Part shown: positions 8,750 through 16,950 of the stretch, piece after piece
How positions within the stretch are numbered: the stretch's first letter is position 1
Layout: each line of letters begins with the position of its first letter
Made by a program: the position numbers and the translations under genes
Assembly: GCF_003611635.1 (NCBI RefSeq)
Contig: NZ_RAVZ01000061.1
Coordinates: forward strand, 1-35,796
DNA length: 35,796 bases
Reading direction: 5' to 3'
Source: Corallococcus terminator
GTDB lineage: Bacteria > Myxococcota > Myxococcia > Myxococcales > Myxococcaceae
Notes under the pieces: model-generated
Told to the model about the DNA's origin: nothing
The model's input: only the letters and a program-made list of their open reading frames with translations
The model's database searches: none

Positions 8750-11098
8750 ATGCGTCGACAGACCTCTCTGTCTAGCGTTATGTTTTACGTGGTAACCAGC
8801 TTTGCATTGGCTGTCATGGCTTGCAGCCCGGACACCGCCGAGCCGGTGCCCGAAACCGGTGACGTGCGGTTCATCAGCGCGGTGCCGCAGGCGCTCGCGG
8901 GCGATGAAGTCACCCGCGTGACGGTGACGCTGACGGCCCCGGGCGTGGCCACGTCCACGACCGTGCTCACGAAGAGCGCGGACAGTTGGAGCGGCACGCT
9001 GTACCAGGTCCCCGCAGGCACCCAGCGCACGTTCACCGCCGAGGCCTTCGCGGCGGATGGCTCCCTGCGTTACCGGGGCGTGGCGACGGATGTCACCATC
9101 ACGGCGGGCACCACGTCGGTGGTCGCCATCACGCTCCAGGCCCTGAATGTCCCCGGGCCCTTCGACAACTCCGCGCCCTGCATCGATTCGCTGGTGGCGT
9201 CCGCCAGCACCGTGCTGCCCGGAGGCACGCTGTCGCTCCAGGCCACCGCGCATGACGCGGACACGTCCGACACGTTCACCTACGCGTGGACGGCGACGGG
9301 CGGCACCTTCGGTTCGGCCACGCTCGCGACGACCACCTGGACGGCCCCCGCCACCGCGGGCGTCGTCACGCTGACGCTGACGGTCACCGACTCGCGCGGC
9401 GCCACGGCGGTCATCCGCATCAACATCACGGTCATTTCGACGGACGGCGGACCGGACACGGGCGTGGCCCAGGTGTCGGTGACCTTCAACGTCTCCCCCG
9501 CCGTGAACCGCGTCACCGCGTCGCAGTCCCCCCTGCCGGTGGGCCAGAGCACCACCGTGGTCGCGGACGTGACGGATCCGGACGGTGATGCGCTGACCTA
9601 CCAGTGGTCAGCGTCCTGCGCCGGCACCTGGACGGACGACACCACCAGCACGGCGTCCTTCACCCCGAGCGCGGTGCCGGCCGGCGAGTCCTGCGGCAAC
9701 TGCTCGCTCACCGTCGCCGTGAAGGATCCGAACGGCGGACAGACGCAGGGCACCCTGCGCATCTGCGTCGGCACGGGCCCCGTCGCCAACGTCCCCCCGC
9801 GCATCGTCCTTTCGAACCAGAGCGCGCTCTCCGTGGCGGGCGACGGCACCGTGACGTTCCGCGTCCTCGCGGAGGACGGCAATGGCAGCGCGCTCACCTT
9901 CGCCTGGGCCTCCACCCACGGCACGCTGGGCACGGCCACCTCCGGGTTCACCTCCAGCGAGATCGCCTGGAAGGCCCCGGCCTGCATCCCCGACGGCCCC
10001 AGCCCCACCATCAGCGCCACCGTCACCAACGCCCTGGGCTTCTCCGCGTCCACGAGCTTCAGCGTCGCCGTGGTGGGGGTCCCGACCTGCACCCCGCCTC
10101 CGGAGAGCACCGTCGCGCGGTGGGATGCCACGGCCGCCATGACGGTCCGTCGCTACGGCGCGAGCGTCGTCCCCCTGCCCTCCGGCAAGATCCTGGTCTT
10201 CGGGGGAGTGACCGTGTCGAACCCCGTCCTGTTGTCCGGCGAAATCTATGATCCCGCCACGGCGACCTGGGCCCCGGCCGCCTCCATGGGGACGGCGCAC
10301 TACTCGCCGGCGGTGACCCGGCTGCCCTCCGGCAGGCTCCTGGTCACGGGGGGCTTCGGGCTCTACCCGAGCACCACCCCGCTGCGCAGCGTGGAGCTCT
10401 ACGACCCCGCCACCAACACCTGGACGGCCGGTCCGACGATGGCGTTCGCGCGCGGGAGCCACACGTCGACGCTGCTGCCCAACGGCAAGGTGCTGATCAT
10501 CGGCGGAAACACGTCGGGCGACACCGCGAGCAATCGCATCCCGGAGCTGTTCGACCCCGCGACGATGACGTTCGTGCCGGTGGCGGCCTCGGCCTTTGTC
10601 CATACGAACCACGAGGCGGTGTTGCTGCCGTCGGGCAAGATCCTCGTCCTGGGCGGCAACTCCCCGGCGGAGTTCTATGATCCGGCCACCAACACCTGGA
10701 GCAACGCCACGGGGCTCATCCAGCGCAACTTCACGCACGCCTTCCTGCAGCCGTCGGGAAAGGTCCTGCTGGCCGGGAGCACGACCCTGATCGCGCTGTA
10801 TGATCCCGTGCTCAACGTCCAGACGACGGTGGGGAACTTCAACTACGATCGAGTGTCGTCCTCCATCGTCCAGTTGGCCTCGGGAAAGCTCCTGCTCGCG
10901 GGCGGCAACTCCCTGGTCGGCCTGACGACGGAAGTCTTCGATCCGGCCACCGGGACGACGTCCTTCTCCATCAGCATGGCGTCGAACCGCTACTCGATGG
11001 GCACCACCCTGCTGCCCAACGGCAAGGTGCTCTTCATTGGCGGATGGGACCGGGACGCGGGGGCGAGCGTCAACGCGGTCCTCCTCTACACCCCCTGA
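8750..11098 (+). CDS. Lipoprotein with four Ig-like/PKD-like domains and a C-terminal 7-bladed Kelch-type beta-propeller
   Basis: The real start is 'MRRQTSLSSVMFYVVTSFALAVMACSPD' at 8750, with GGAAGG 6 nt upstream. The ORF-track start at 8543 would overlap the divergent aminopeptidase. There are four ~90-aa repeats carrying [TY][FY][AQ]W[ST]A motifs. Seven repeats of the form '..LP[SN]GK[VIL]L[VIL].GG' are characteristic of Kelch/galactose-oxidase-like blades. Confidence 0.85.
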   Translation: MRRQTSLSSVMFYVVTSFALAVMACSPDTAEPVPETGDVRFISAVPQALAGDEVTRVTVTLTAPGVATSTTVLTKSADSWSGTLYQVPAGTQRTFTAEAFAADGSLRYRGVATDVTITAGTTSVVAITLQALNVPGPFDNSAPCIDSLVASASTVLPGGTLSLQATAHDADTSDTFTYAWTATGGTFGSATLATTTWTAPATAGVVTLTLTVTDSRGATAVIRINITVISTDGGPDTGVAQVSVTFNVSPAVNRVTASQSPLPVGQSTTVVADVTDPDGDALTYQWSASCAGTWTDDTTSTASFTPSAVPAGESCGNCSLTVAVKDPNGGQTQGTLRICVGTGPVANVPPRIVLSNQSALSVAGDGTVTFRVLAEDGNGSALTFAWASTHGTLGTATSGFTSSEIAWKAPACIPDGPSPTISATVTNALGFSASTSFSVAVVGVPTCTPPPESTVARWDATAAMTVRRYGASVVPLPSGKILVFGGVTVSNPVLLSGEIYDPATATWAPAASMGTAHYSPAVTRLPSGRLLVTGGFGLYPSTTPLRSVELYDPATNTWTAGPTMAFARGSHTSTLLPNGKVLIIGGNTSGDTASNRIPELFDPATMTFVPVAASAFVHTNHEAVLLPSGKILVLGGNSPAEFYDPATNTWSNATGLIQRNFTHAFLQPSGKVLLAGSTTLIALYDPVLNVQTTVGNFNYDRVSSSIVQLASGKLLLAGGNSLVGLTTEVFDPATGTTSFSISMASNRYSMGTTLLPNGKVLFIGGWDRDAGASVNAVLLYTP

Positions 11099-11132
11099 GC
11101 CCGGGCTGAAGTTCCCCTGAAGCAGCGTTGAA

Positions 11133-11164
11133 GAGCGGTCGGACCCACACGGATCCGACCGCTC
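11133..11164 (+). terminator. Perfect 11-bp stem hairpin downstream of the Kelch lipoprotein gene (candidate terminator, no U-tract)
   Basis: The 5' arm 'gagcggtcgga' (11133..11143) pairs with the 3' arm 'tccgaccgctc' (11154..11164) around a 10-nt loop. It sits between two + strand genes. No T-run follows, so its function is inferred. Confidence 0.3.
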
Positions 11165-11205
11165 CGGGCATTGCGGCCTGCCTCGAATCAGCGAGGATGC
11201 GGCCC

Positions 11206-12027
11206 ATGTCCACCCTCAAAGGCAAGACCCTCTTCATCACCGGTGCCAGCCGCGGCATCGGCCTGGCCATCGCGCTGCGCGCGGCCCGGGACGGCGCCAA
11301 CATCATCATCGCGGCGAAGACCACGGACCCGCACCCCAAGCTGCCCGGCACCATCTACACGGCGGCCCAGGAGATCGAAGCGGCCGGCGGCAAGGCGCTG
11401 CCCTGCGTGGTGGACATCCGCGATGAGGCGCAGATCCACGCCGCCGTGGCCAAGGCGGTGGAGACCTTCGGCGGCATCGACATCCTGGTGAACAACGCCA
11501 GCGCCATCAGCCTCACCGGCACGCTGGAGACGCCGCTCAAGCGCTTTGACTTGATGCACGGCATCAACACGCGCGGCACCTTCGCGTGCTCGCAGGCGTG
11601 CCTGCCGTACCTCAAGAAGTCCTCCAACCCGCACATCCTCAACAACTCGCCGCCGCTCAACATGGAGGCGCGCTGGTTCGGCCCCCACGTCGCGTACACC
11701 ATGGCGAAGTTCGGCATGAGCATGTGCGTGCTCGGCATGGCGGAGGAGTTCAAGGACGAGGGCATCGCCGTCAACGCCCTCTGGCCGCGCACCGTCATCG
11801 CCACCGCCGCCGTGCAGAACCTGCTGGGCGGCGATGAGACCATCAAGGGCAGCCGGTCGCCGGAGATCATGGCGGACGCGGCCCACGCCATCCTCACCAA
11901 GCCCAGCCGCTCCTTCACCGGCAACTTCTGCATCGACGAGGACGTGCTGCGCGGCGTGGGCGTCACGAACTTCGACAAGTACCAGTCCGTGCCCGGCGCG
12001 GAGCTGTTCCCCGACTACTTCATCTGA
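11206..12027 (+). CDS. SDR-family oxidoreductase (HSDL2-like short-chain dehydrogenase)
   Basis: 'MSTLKGKTLFITGASRGIGLAIALRAARDGANIIIAAKT..HPKLPGTIYTAAQEIEAAGGKALPCVVDIRDE' has the TGxxxGIG Rossmann motif and closely resembles the HSDL2 N-terminal domain. GAGGA lies upstream. The ORF-track start at 11128 would run through the hairpin. Confidence 0.85.
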   Translation: MSTLKGKTLFITGASRGIGLAIALRAARDGANIIIAAKTTDPHPKLPGTIYTAAQEIEAAGGKALPCVVDIRDEAQIHAAVAKAVETFGGIDILVNNASAISLTGTLETPLKRFDLMHGINTRGTFACSQACLPYLKKSSNPHILNNSPPLNMEARWFGPHVAYTMAKFGMSMCVLGMAEEFKDEGIAVNALWPRTVIATAAVQNLLGGDETIKGSRSPEIMADAAHAILTKPSRSFTGNFCIDEDVLRGVGVTNFDKYQSVPGAELFPDYFI

Positions 12028-12076
12028 CCGTCGCACCCACCCCGGGGCGCATGGGTGCGCCAGGAACAAGGCCCTC

Positions 12077-12997
12077 ATGCCCCCGCGCAAGCTGCTGCGA
12101 CACCTGGTCTGGCTGGAGTCCTTCACCGCCGCCGTGGAGGCGGGCAGCATCGACGCCGCCGCCGAACATCTGGGCGTCGCCCGCTCCGTGGTCAGCGAGC
12201 ACATCCGCGCGCTGGAGGAGGCCCTTGCGGATGGCGCGGTCCTGCTGGAGCGCGGCCCGGGACGCAGGCTGCAGCTTTCCGCACGCGGCGAACGCCTCTA
12301 CGCGGGCACCCAGACGCCCCTGCACCAGTTGGACATGAAGCGGCTGGTGGACCTGGCGCGCGTGGAGCCCACCCTGCGCCTGGGGCTCAACCCCACCCTG
12401 TCCATGTCGCTGTTGGGCGGCATCGCGCAGGACGCGGCCGCCACCGACCTCAAGCTGGTGGTGGGCTTCGGCGGCTCGCACGAACTGGTGCGGCAGGTGC
12501 AGACCCGGCAGCAGGACCTGGTGCTGGACTTCACCCCGCTGCCGCCCCACGACGGCGTGGATTCAGAATCGCTGCTGCGCATGTCCTTCGTGGTGCTCGC
12601 AGGCCCCGACTCCGCGCTGGTGCGCGAACAGGCGTCCCGGCGCGCGCTGGATGTGAAGGACCTGCAGGGTCAACGCTTCGTGGACTGGTTGCGCGACGAC
12701 CCGTACGGCGGCGCCAACAGCGCGCGCTTCTCCGCCCAGGGGGTCAAGGTGGACGAAGTGGGCCGCGTGGAGAGCTTCCTCCACCTCTACGAGTTGCTGC
12801 GCGCCTACCGCGCCTGCGCCATCGCCCCCGACGTACGGCCCACCCAACCGTTCCCCTCCGACATCCACGTCTGGCCCCTGCGCGAGGCGGAGCCCCAGGT
12901 GGTCGAAGTCGTCGCCCTGTGGCCCTCCGGCGGACTCAGCCCCGGCGCCCACGCCGTGCTGGACGGCCTGCGACGTCGGCTCCGCAAACGGCGATAA
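12077..12997 (+). CDS. LysR-family transcriptional regulator
   Basis: The N-terminal HTH 'LLRHLVWLESFTAAVEAGSIDAAAEHLGVARSVVSEHIRALEEAL' is followed by a substrate-binding-domain-sized remainder (306 aa). AGGAACAAGG lies upstream of the ATG at 12077. The ORF upstream of 12077 (from 11834) is an overlap artefact. Confidence 0.85.
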   Translation: MPPRKLLRHLVWLESFTAAVEAGSIDAAAEHLGVARSVVSEHIRALEEALADGAVLLERGPGRRLQLSARGERLYAGTQTPLHQLDMKRLVDLARVEPTLRLGLNPTLSMSLLGGIAQDAAATDLKLVVGFGGSHELVRQVQTRQQDLVLDFTPLPPHDGVDSESLLRMSFVVLAGPDSALVREQASRRALDVKDLQGQRFVDWLRDDPYGGANSARFSAQGVKVDEVGRVESFLHLYELLRAYRACAIAPDVRPTQPFPSDIHVWPLREAEPQVVEVVALWPSGGLSPGAHAVLDGLRRRLRKRR

Positions 12998-13089
12998 TCC
13001 GTCGAAGACGTCGTTTTCTGCCGGATTTCCGTCCTCCGCTGACATGGGTATCTTCCAGGTGTCCTGTTTCTCTTGAAGGAGCCTCCCGG

Positions 13090-14685
13090 ATGACCCCCAC
13101 GGAACGGACGATCGCTCGCCTGCCTGCCCACCTGCGCCGCTATGTGGTGTCGCAGGACTACGCGGCCTACACGCCCCGCGATCAGGCGGTGTGGCGGCAC
13201 ATCCTGGGACAGCTCCGGGGGCACCTGCGGGACAAGGCGCATCCCGTCTACCTGGAAGGTCTGGAGGCCACCGGCATTGGCGCGGAGGCCATCCCCAGCC
13301 TGGACGAGATGAACGAGAAGCTGTCGAAGCTGGGCTGGTCCTGCGTGGCGGTGCGCGGCTTCATCCCCCCGGCGGTCTTCACGGAGTTGCAGGCGCTGGG
13401 CGTGCTGGCCATCGCGGCGGACATCCGCACGCACGAGCACATCCAGTACACGCCCGCTCCGGACATCGTCCACGAGAGCGCGGGGCACGCGCCCATCATC
13501 GCGAACCGTCGCTACGCGGAGTACCTCAAGGCCGTGGGGCTGGTGGGGTTCAAGGCCATCGCGAGCGTGGAGGACCAGGCCGTCTTCGAGGCCATCCGCA
13601 ACCTGTCGGTGGTGAAGGAGGACCCCACGGCGAGCGAGGCGGAGATCGCGCACGCCCAGGCCCGCCTGGAGGCCGCCAACGAGAGCCACCGCTACATTAG
13701 CGAGAGCACCCGCGCGAGCCGCCTGTACTGGTGGACGGCGGAGTACGGCCTCGTGGGCGACCTGGAGCGTCCGCGCATCTACGGCGCGGGCCTGCTGTCG
13801 AGCATCGGCGAGGCGAAGCACTGTCTGACGTCCGCGGTGCAGAAGCTGCCGCTGGGCGTGACGTGCGCGGACACGGATTACGACATCACCCGCATGCAGC
13901 CGCAGCTCTTCGTGGCGCGCGACTTCGAGCACCTGTTCGAGGTGCTGTCGGAGTTCGAGGCCACGCTCGCGTGGAAGCGCGGCGGGGACCTGGGCCTGAA
14001 CGAGGCGCTGCGAGCGCGCACGGTGAACCACCTGGTGCTCGCGGACGGCCGTGAGGTGACGGGCAAGGTGGTGGAATTGCTGCCGGCAGCGGGCGAGGTG
14101 GCTCCCGGCCTCTCCACCGCGATGGCGCGGCTGGAAGGCCCCATCGTCACTTCGCGCGACGGACAGGCGCTGGACAAGCCCTTCAACGGCGCGGCGCTGG
14201 TGGCCTTTGGCAATGGCACCCTGCCGGAGCGCGGGAACTTCCGGCTCTCACTGGACAGCGGGCTGGTGCTGGAGGGCTTCGCGGTCGATGGCGGCGAGGT
14301 GATTGCCCTGAGCGGGACGCTCGCGGGCAAGCCGCTGGAGCTGCCGTCGATGGCGCGCGTGTACGTGACGGAGCGGCTGCCGTCCGTGGCTGGAGGCCCC
14401 GCGGATACTGGCGCGTGGGACCGCTGGTTCGGGGAGATGAATGCCTTCACCGCGGGCGACGGCGAAGCGCAAGCCCGCGAGCGCAAGGCGAAGGCGCTGC
14501 ATCCGTCCCTGGCGGCCCTCTACACGGAGGTGCGCAGCATCCGGGAGACGGGACAGCTCCCGGCGGACCGGCTGGAGCAGATCGCCCGGGCCTCCTCCGA
14601 CTTCCCGTCGGATTGGTTGCTGCGCGCCGAGGTCGCGGAGCTGCGCGGGGAAGCGCCTTCACCGCGCAACGCGGCCCACGCTTAG
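13090..14685 (+). CDS. Biopterin-dependent aromatic amino-acid hydroxylase (phenylalanine-4-hydroxylase-like) with ~240-aa C-terminal extension
   Basis: The catalytic-core motifs 'DIVHESAGHAPII' (HxxxxH iron ligands) and 'RLYWWTAEYGLV' (Glu ligand region) are present. AGGAG lies 9 nt upstream of the ATG at 13090. The total length is 531 aa, against ~270-300 for classical bacterial PAH. Confidence 0.85.
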   Translation: MTPTERTIARLPAHLRRYVVSQDYAAYTPRDQAVWRHILGQLRGHLRDKAHPVYLEGLEATGIGAEAIPSLDEMNEKLSKLGWSCVAVRGFIPPAVFTELQALGVLAIAADIRTHEHIQYTPAPDIVHESAGHAPIIANRRYAEYLKAVGLVGFKAIASVEDQAVFEAIRNLSVVKEDPTASEAEIAHAQARLEAANESHRYISESTRASRLYWWTAEYGLVGDLERPRIYGAGLLSSIGEAKHCLTSAVQKLPLGVTCADTDYDITRMQPQLFVARDFEHLFEVLSEFEATLAWKRGGDLGLNEALRARTVNHLVLADGREVTGKVVELLPAAGEVAPGLSTAMARLEGPIVTSRDGQALDKPFNGAALVAFGNGTLPERGNFRLSLDSGLVLEGFAVDGGEVIALSGTLAGKPLELPSMARVYVTERLPSVAGGPADTGAWDRWFGEMNAFTAGDGEAQARERKAKALHPSLAALYTEVRSIRETGQLPADRLEQIARASSDFPSDWLLRAEVAELRGEAPSPRNAAHA

Positions 14686-14749
14686 GCTCGTGGCATGGCC
14701 GCCCCCGGCCCCTCAATGGACCGGGTGCCCCTCGCGAACCGACTCATCC

Positions 14750-15106
14750 TCAGGTGCAGGGATAGGAGGACGCCATGCAATAGGCTGACGTCGGCCCGTT
14801 CGGCCCCATGATGCCCGGGCAGCAGCGAGTCCCTGACGAACAAGGACTGGCGACCTTGTCGGACAGGGCCGGGCCTCCCTGCAGGGTGCAAAAGGGACGG
14901 CATCCCGGGGCGGACGAGGAGCCAGCGTAGACGCAGACGCCACCAGGGCAACTCGACCCTTGAGGCGCGCCCACGGTACATTCGTAGATGGCATCCTCTC
15001 GTGTGGTGAGTGAGGGCGACTCCTCCTCGGGCATCGAAGTGCCACCACATCCACCCAGCAACCCCAATGCGCTACACAGTACGCCGATGAGCATCACCAC
15101 TCGCAT
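14750..15106 (-). CDS. Small cysteine-rich lipoprotein (13 Cys in 118 aa)
   Basis: A signal peptide plus lipobox 'MRVVMLIGVLCSALGLLGGCGG' is present. GGGAGAG lies 5 nt upstream. The third-codon-position GC looks lower than in neighbouring genes, so the gene may be foreign or the call may be wrong. Confidence 0.45.
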   Translation of the reverse strand: MRVVMLIGVLCSALGLLGGCGGTSMPEEESPSLTTREDAIYECTVGAPQGSSCPGGVCVYAGSSSAPGCRPFCTLQGGPALSDKVASPCSSGTRCCPGIMGPNGPTSAYCMASSYPCT

Positions 15107-15327
15107 ACGCTCTCCCAGGCAAGCCTTCGCAATCGAAGGGCATCCAGCCTAAACCAGAAGTCGTGATTTCCGTCCATCGGGTCTGCCGTTGATGTTGAGA
15201 GCGGTCGTGTAGCAAGGCAACAGCCTCTTCGACGTTGGAGTTCTCTCCCGGCCTCCAAAGGCGCCAGAGGATCGGGGGCGAGAGCAGCTCCTCCACTTTC
15301 ACGGAAGGGCGCGTGCGAACGGCGCAG

Positions 15328-16950
15328 TCAGGTCTGTCGTTGCGGCGCATCTGCCCCCGCTCGCCGTTGTCGGCGCCTGAGCCCGCCCCCCAGAAGCAAC
15401 GCGATGAGCGCACCCGACAAAGGTCCGCCCGCCGCCTGACATCCGCCATCCGCCCCTGACGGGTCCCGCGGATCATCGATGGGCTTCTGGGGCTGTCCGG
15501 CATCCGCGGAGCCTGCGTCCTGCGTGCCCGCGTCACCCGTCCCAGCATCCACGGTGCCGGCATCTTCCGTCCCCGCGTCCATGCCTGCATCCGGCGGCGG
15601 AGGTAGCACCGGGGCACAGCCCGCGTCCTGGCCGGTGGCCGCGATGCACAGTTGGCCATAGCGCCCCAGGCCCTGTGGCCTGCTGTCCACGACAGCGACC
15701 ACGACCCGCGTCGCATCCTCCGCGGCCACCTGGGCACGCAGGGGCTCCGGCCCGCCCACCTGGACGACGCGCAGCACGGCGTCATCAGTGACGGCCGCCA
15801 CGAGCAGATACAGCGCGGCGAGGTCCGTGCCCGGCTCGGGCTCGAACGTGGCCGAGACGAAGGACGTGCCCCCCGCGACCTCGAAGATGCGCGAGGAGGC
15901 GCCACCCACCCGCATGGAGGAAAGCAACGTGGGAAGCGCCGAAGCGGTCGTCACCAGCGGCGCATAGCCCTCTGCTCGCGCGTAGCCGTAGCCGGGCGTC
16001 GCGCGCGAACCGGTGCCCAGGTTCCACGCGGTGAACTGCGTGAAGGCCGCATCGAAGGACGACGCGAAGTCGCGGCGCAGGCAGGTGTCCAGCAGCAGCG
16101 GCCAGCGAACGGTCGGCTGCCGCACGGACTCCTCCAGCAACGCGACCAGGAGCGCATCCCCAAAGCGCTCGTTCGCGAACTGGAAGAAGAGCCCCGCGCC
16201 GTAGCTGAAGCCCACGGCGGGACCGCTTGGATCCGTCAGCAGGCTGCGGTCCGGGAGCTCCAGGTAGTAGTGGCTGAAGCCCTCCAGGTCATCGAGCGCG
16301 GGCTCGAAGCGTTCGGTGGCCCAGACGGCGGTGCCCTCGGACGCGATGCCTCCCAGGTCGGGTCGGTACGCGGCCTGGACCGCGTGGAAGAACTCGTGGC
16401 TCGCCAGGATCTCCACGGCCTCCTGGTCGGACGGGTAGCCGTAGCCCGTGAAGTCGTTCTCCTGGAGCATGTAGCCGGTGCAGCGCGTGGTGCCGTCCAG
16501 GCAGGTCTCCATCCGGAAGGCACCATCGGCGCGCAGGGCGAAGTCCACCAGGTACACGTCGAAGCGGCCGTCGCCGCCGTTGTCTCCCGGCGTGGTCGCG
16601 TCGTCGGGCGGCAGGCGGAAACCCAGCCCTGCGTAGAACGTCGCCACGCGCTCATAGGTGCGCCCGACGAGCTCCACGAAGTCGGGCACGCCATTGCCAT
16701 CCCCATCCGCCAGCGGCACCGCATTCGGTCCCTGGCGGGTGAAGTGGACGCGGAAGCGATTGCCCTCGGAGACGGCGGACTCCACCGTCTCCGTCGGCTC
16801 GAAGCGTGGCGCGGGCGCGGTGGCCGAGGTGGGCCGCCCGGAATCGGCGATCCCCCACGGCACGGGCGCCACCGCCTCCTCGTGGAGGAGGCGGTGCGGA
16901 GTCCCCGCGCCGGTCAGCAGCAGGAGCAGTGCGGAAACTCCGGGGGCCAT
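15328..16950 (-). CDS. Secreted HExxH zinc metalloprotease with DAGT-repeat linker and MYXO-CTERM-like sorting tail
   Basis: I take the start at the signal peptide 'MAPGVSALLLLLTGAGT' (16950), not 17367. 'LASHEFFHAVQAAY' contains HExxH. The C-terminus carries 'PDAGMDAGTEDAGTVDAGTGDAGTQDAGSADAG' and then 'GGCQAAGG..ALIALLLGGGLRRRQRR', which has the GGC...hydrophobic...RRR pattern. The start overlaps the upstream stop as TGATG. Confidence 0.8.
   Translation of the reverse strand: MAPGVSALLLLLTGAGTPHRLLHEEAVAPVPWGIADSGRPTSATAPAPRFEPTETVESAVSEGNRFRVHFTRQGPNAVPLADGDGNGVPDFVELVGRTYERVATFYAGLGFRLPPDDATTPGDNGGDGRFDVYLVDFALRADGAFRMETCLDGTTRCTGYMLQENDFTGYGYPSDQEAVEILASHEFFHAVQAAYRPDLGGIASEGTAVWATERFEPALDDLEGFSHYYLELPDRSLLTDPSGPAVGFSYGAGLFFQFANERFGDALLVALLEESVRQPTVRWPLLLDTCLRRDFASSFDAAFTQFTAWNLGTGSRATPGYGYARAEGYAPLVTTASALPTLLSSMRVGGASSRIFEVAGGTSFVSATFEPEPGTDLAALYLLVAAVTDDAVLRVVQVGGPEPLRAQVAAEDATRVVVAVVDSRPQGLGRYGQLCIAATGQDAGCAPVLPPPPDAGMDAGTEDAGTVDAGTGDAGTQDAGSADAGQPQKPIDDPRDPSGADGGCQAAGGPLSGALIALLLGGGLRRRQRRAGADAPQRQT

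Noticed and set aside
9608-10738. 376-aa minus-strand ORF and several other ORFs overlapping the Kelch lipoprotein gene
   Set aside because: The Kelch/Ig-like gene has strong periodic domain structure. The overlapping frames translate to G/R/A-rich junk.
11188-12204. 338-aa minus-strand ORF; also 12805..14031(-) 408 aa and 12055..13089 upstream part of an 876-aa ORF
   Set aside because: These are antisense or upstream artefacts over the SDR, LysR and hydroxylase genes. The real hydroxylase starts at 13090 with AGGAG.
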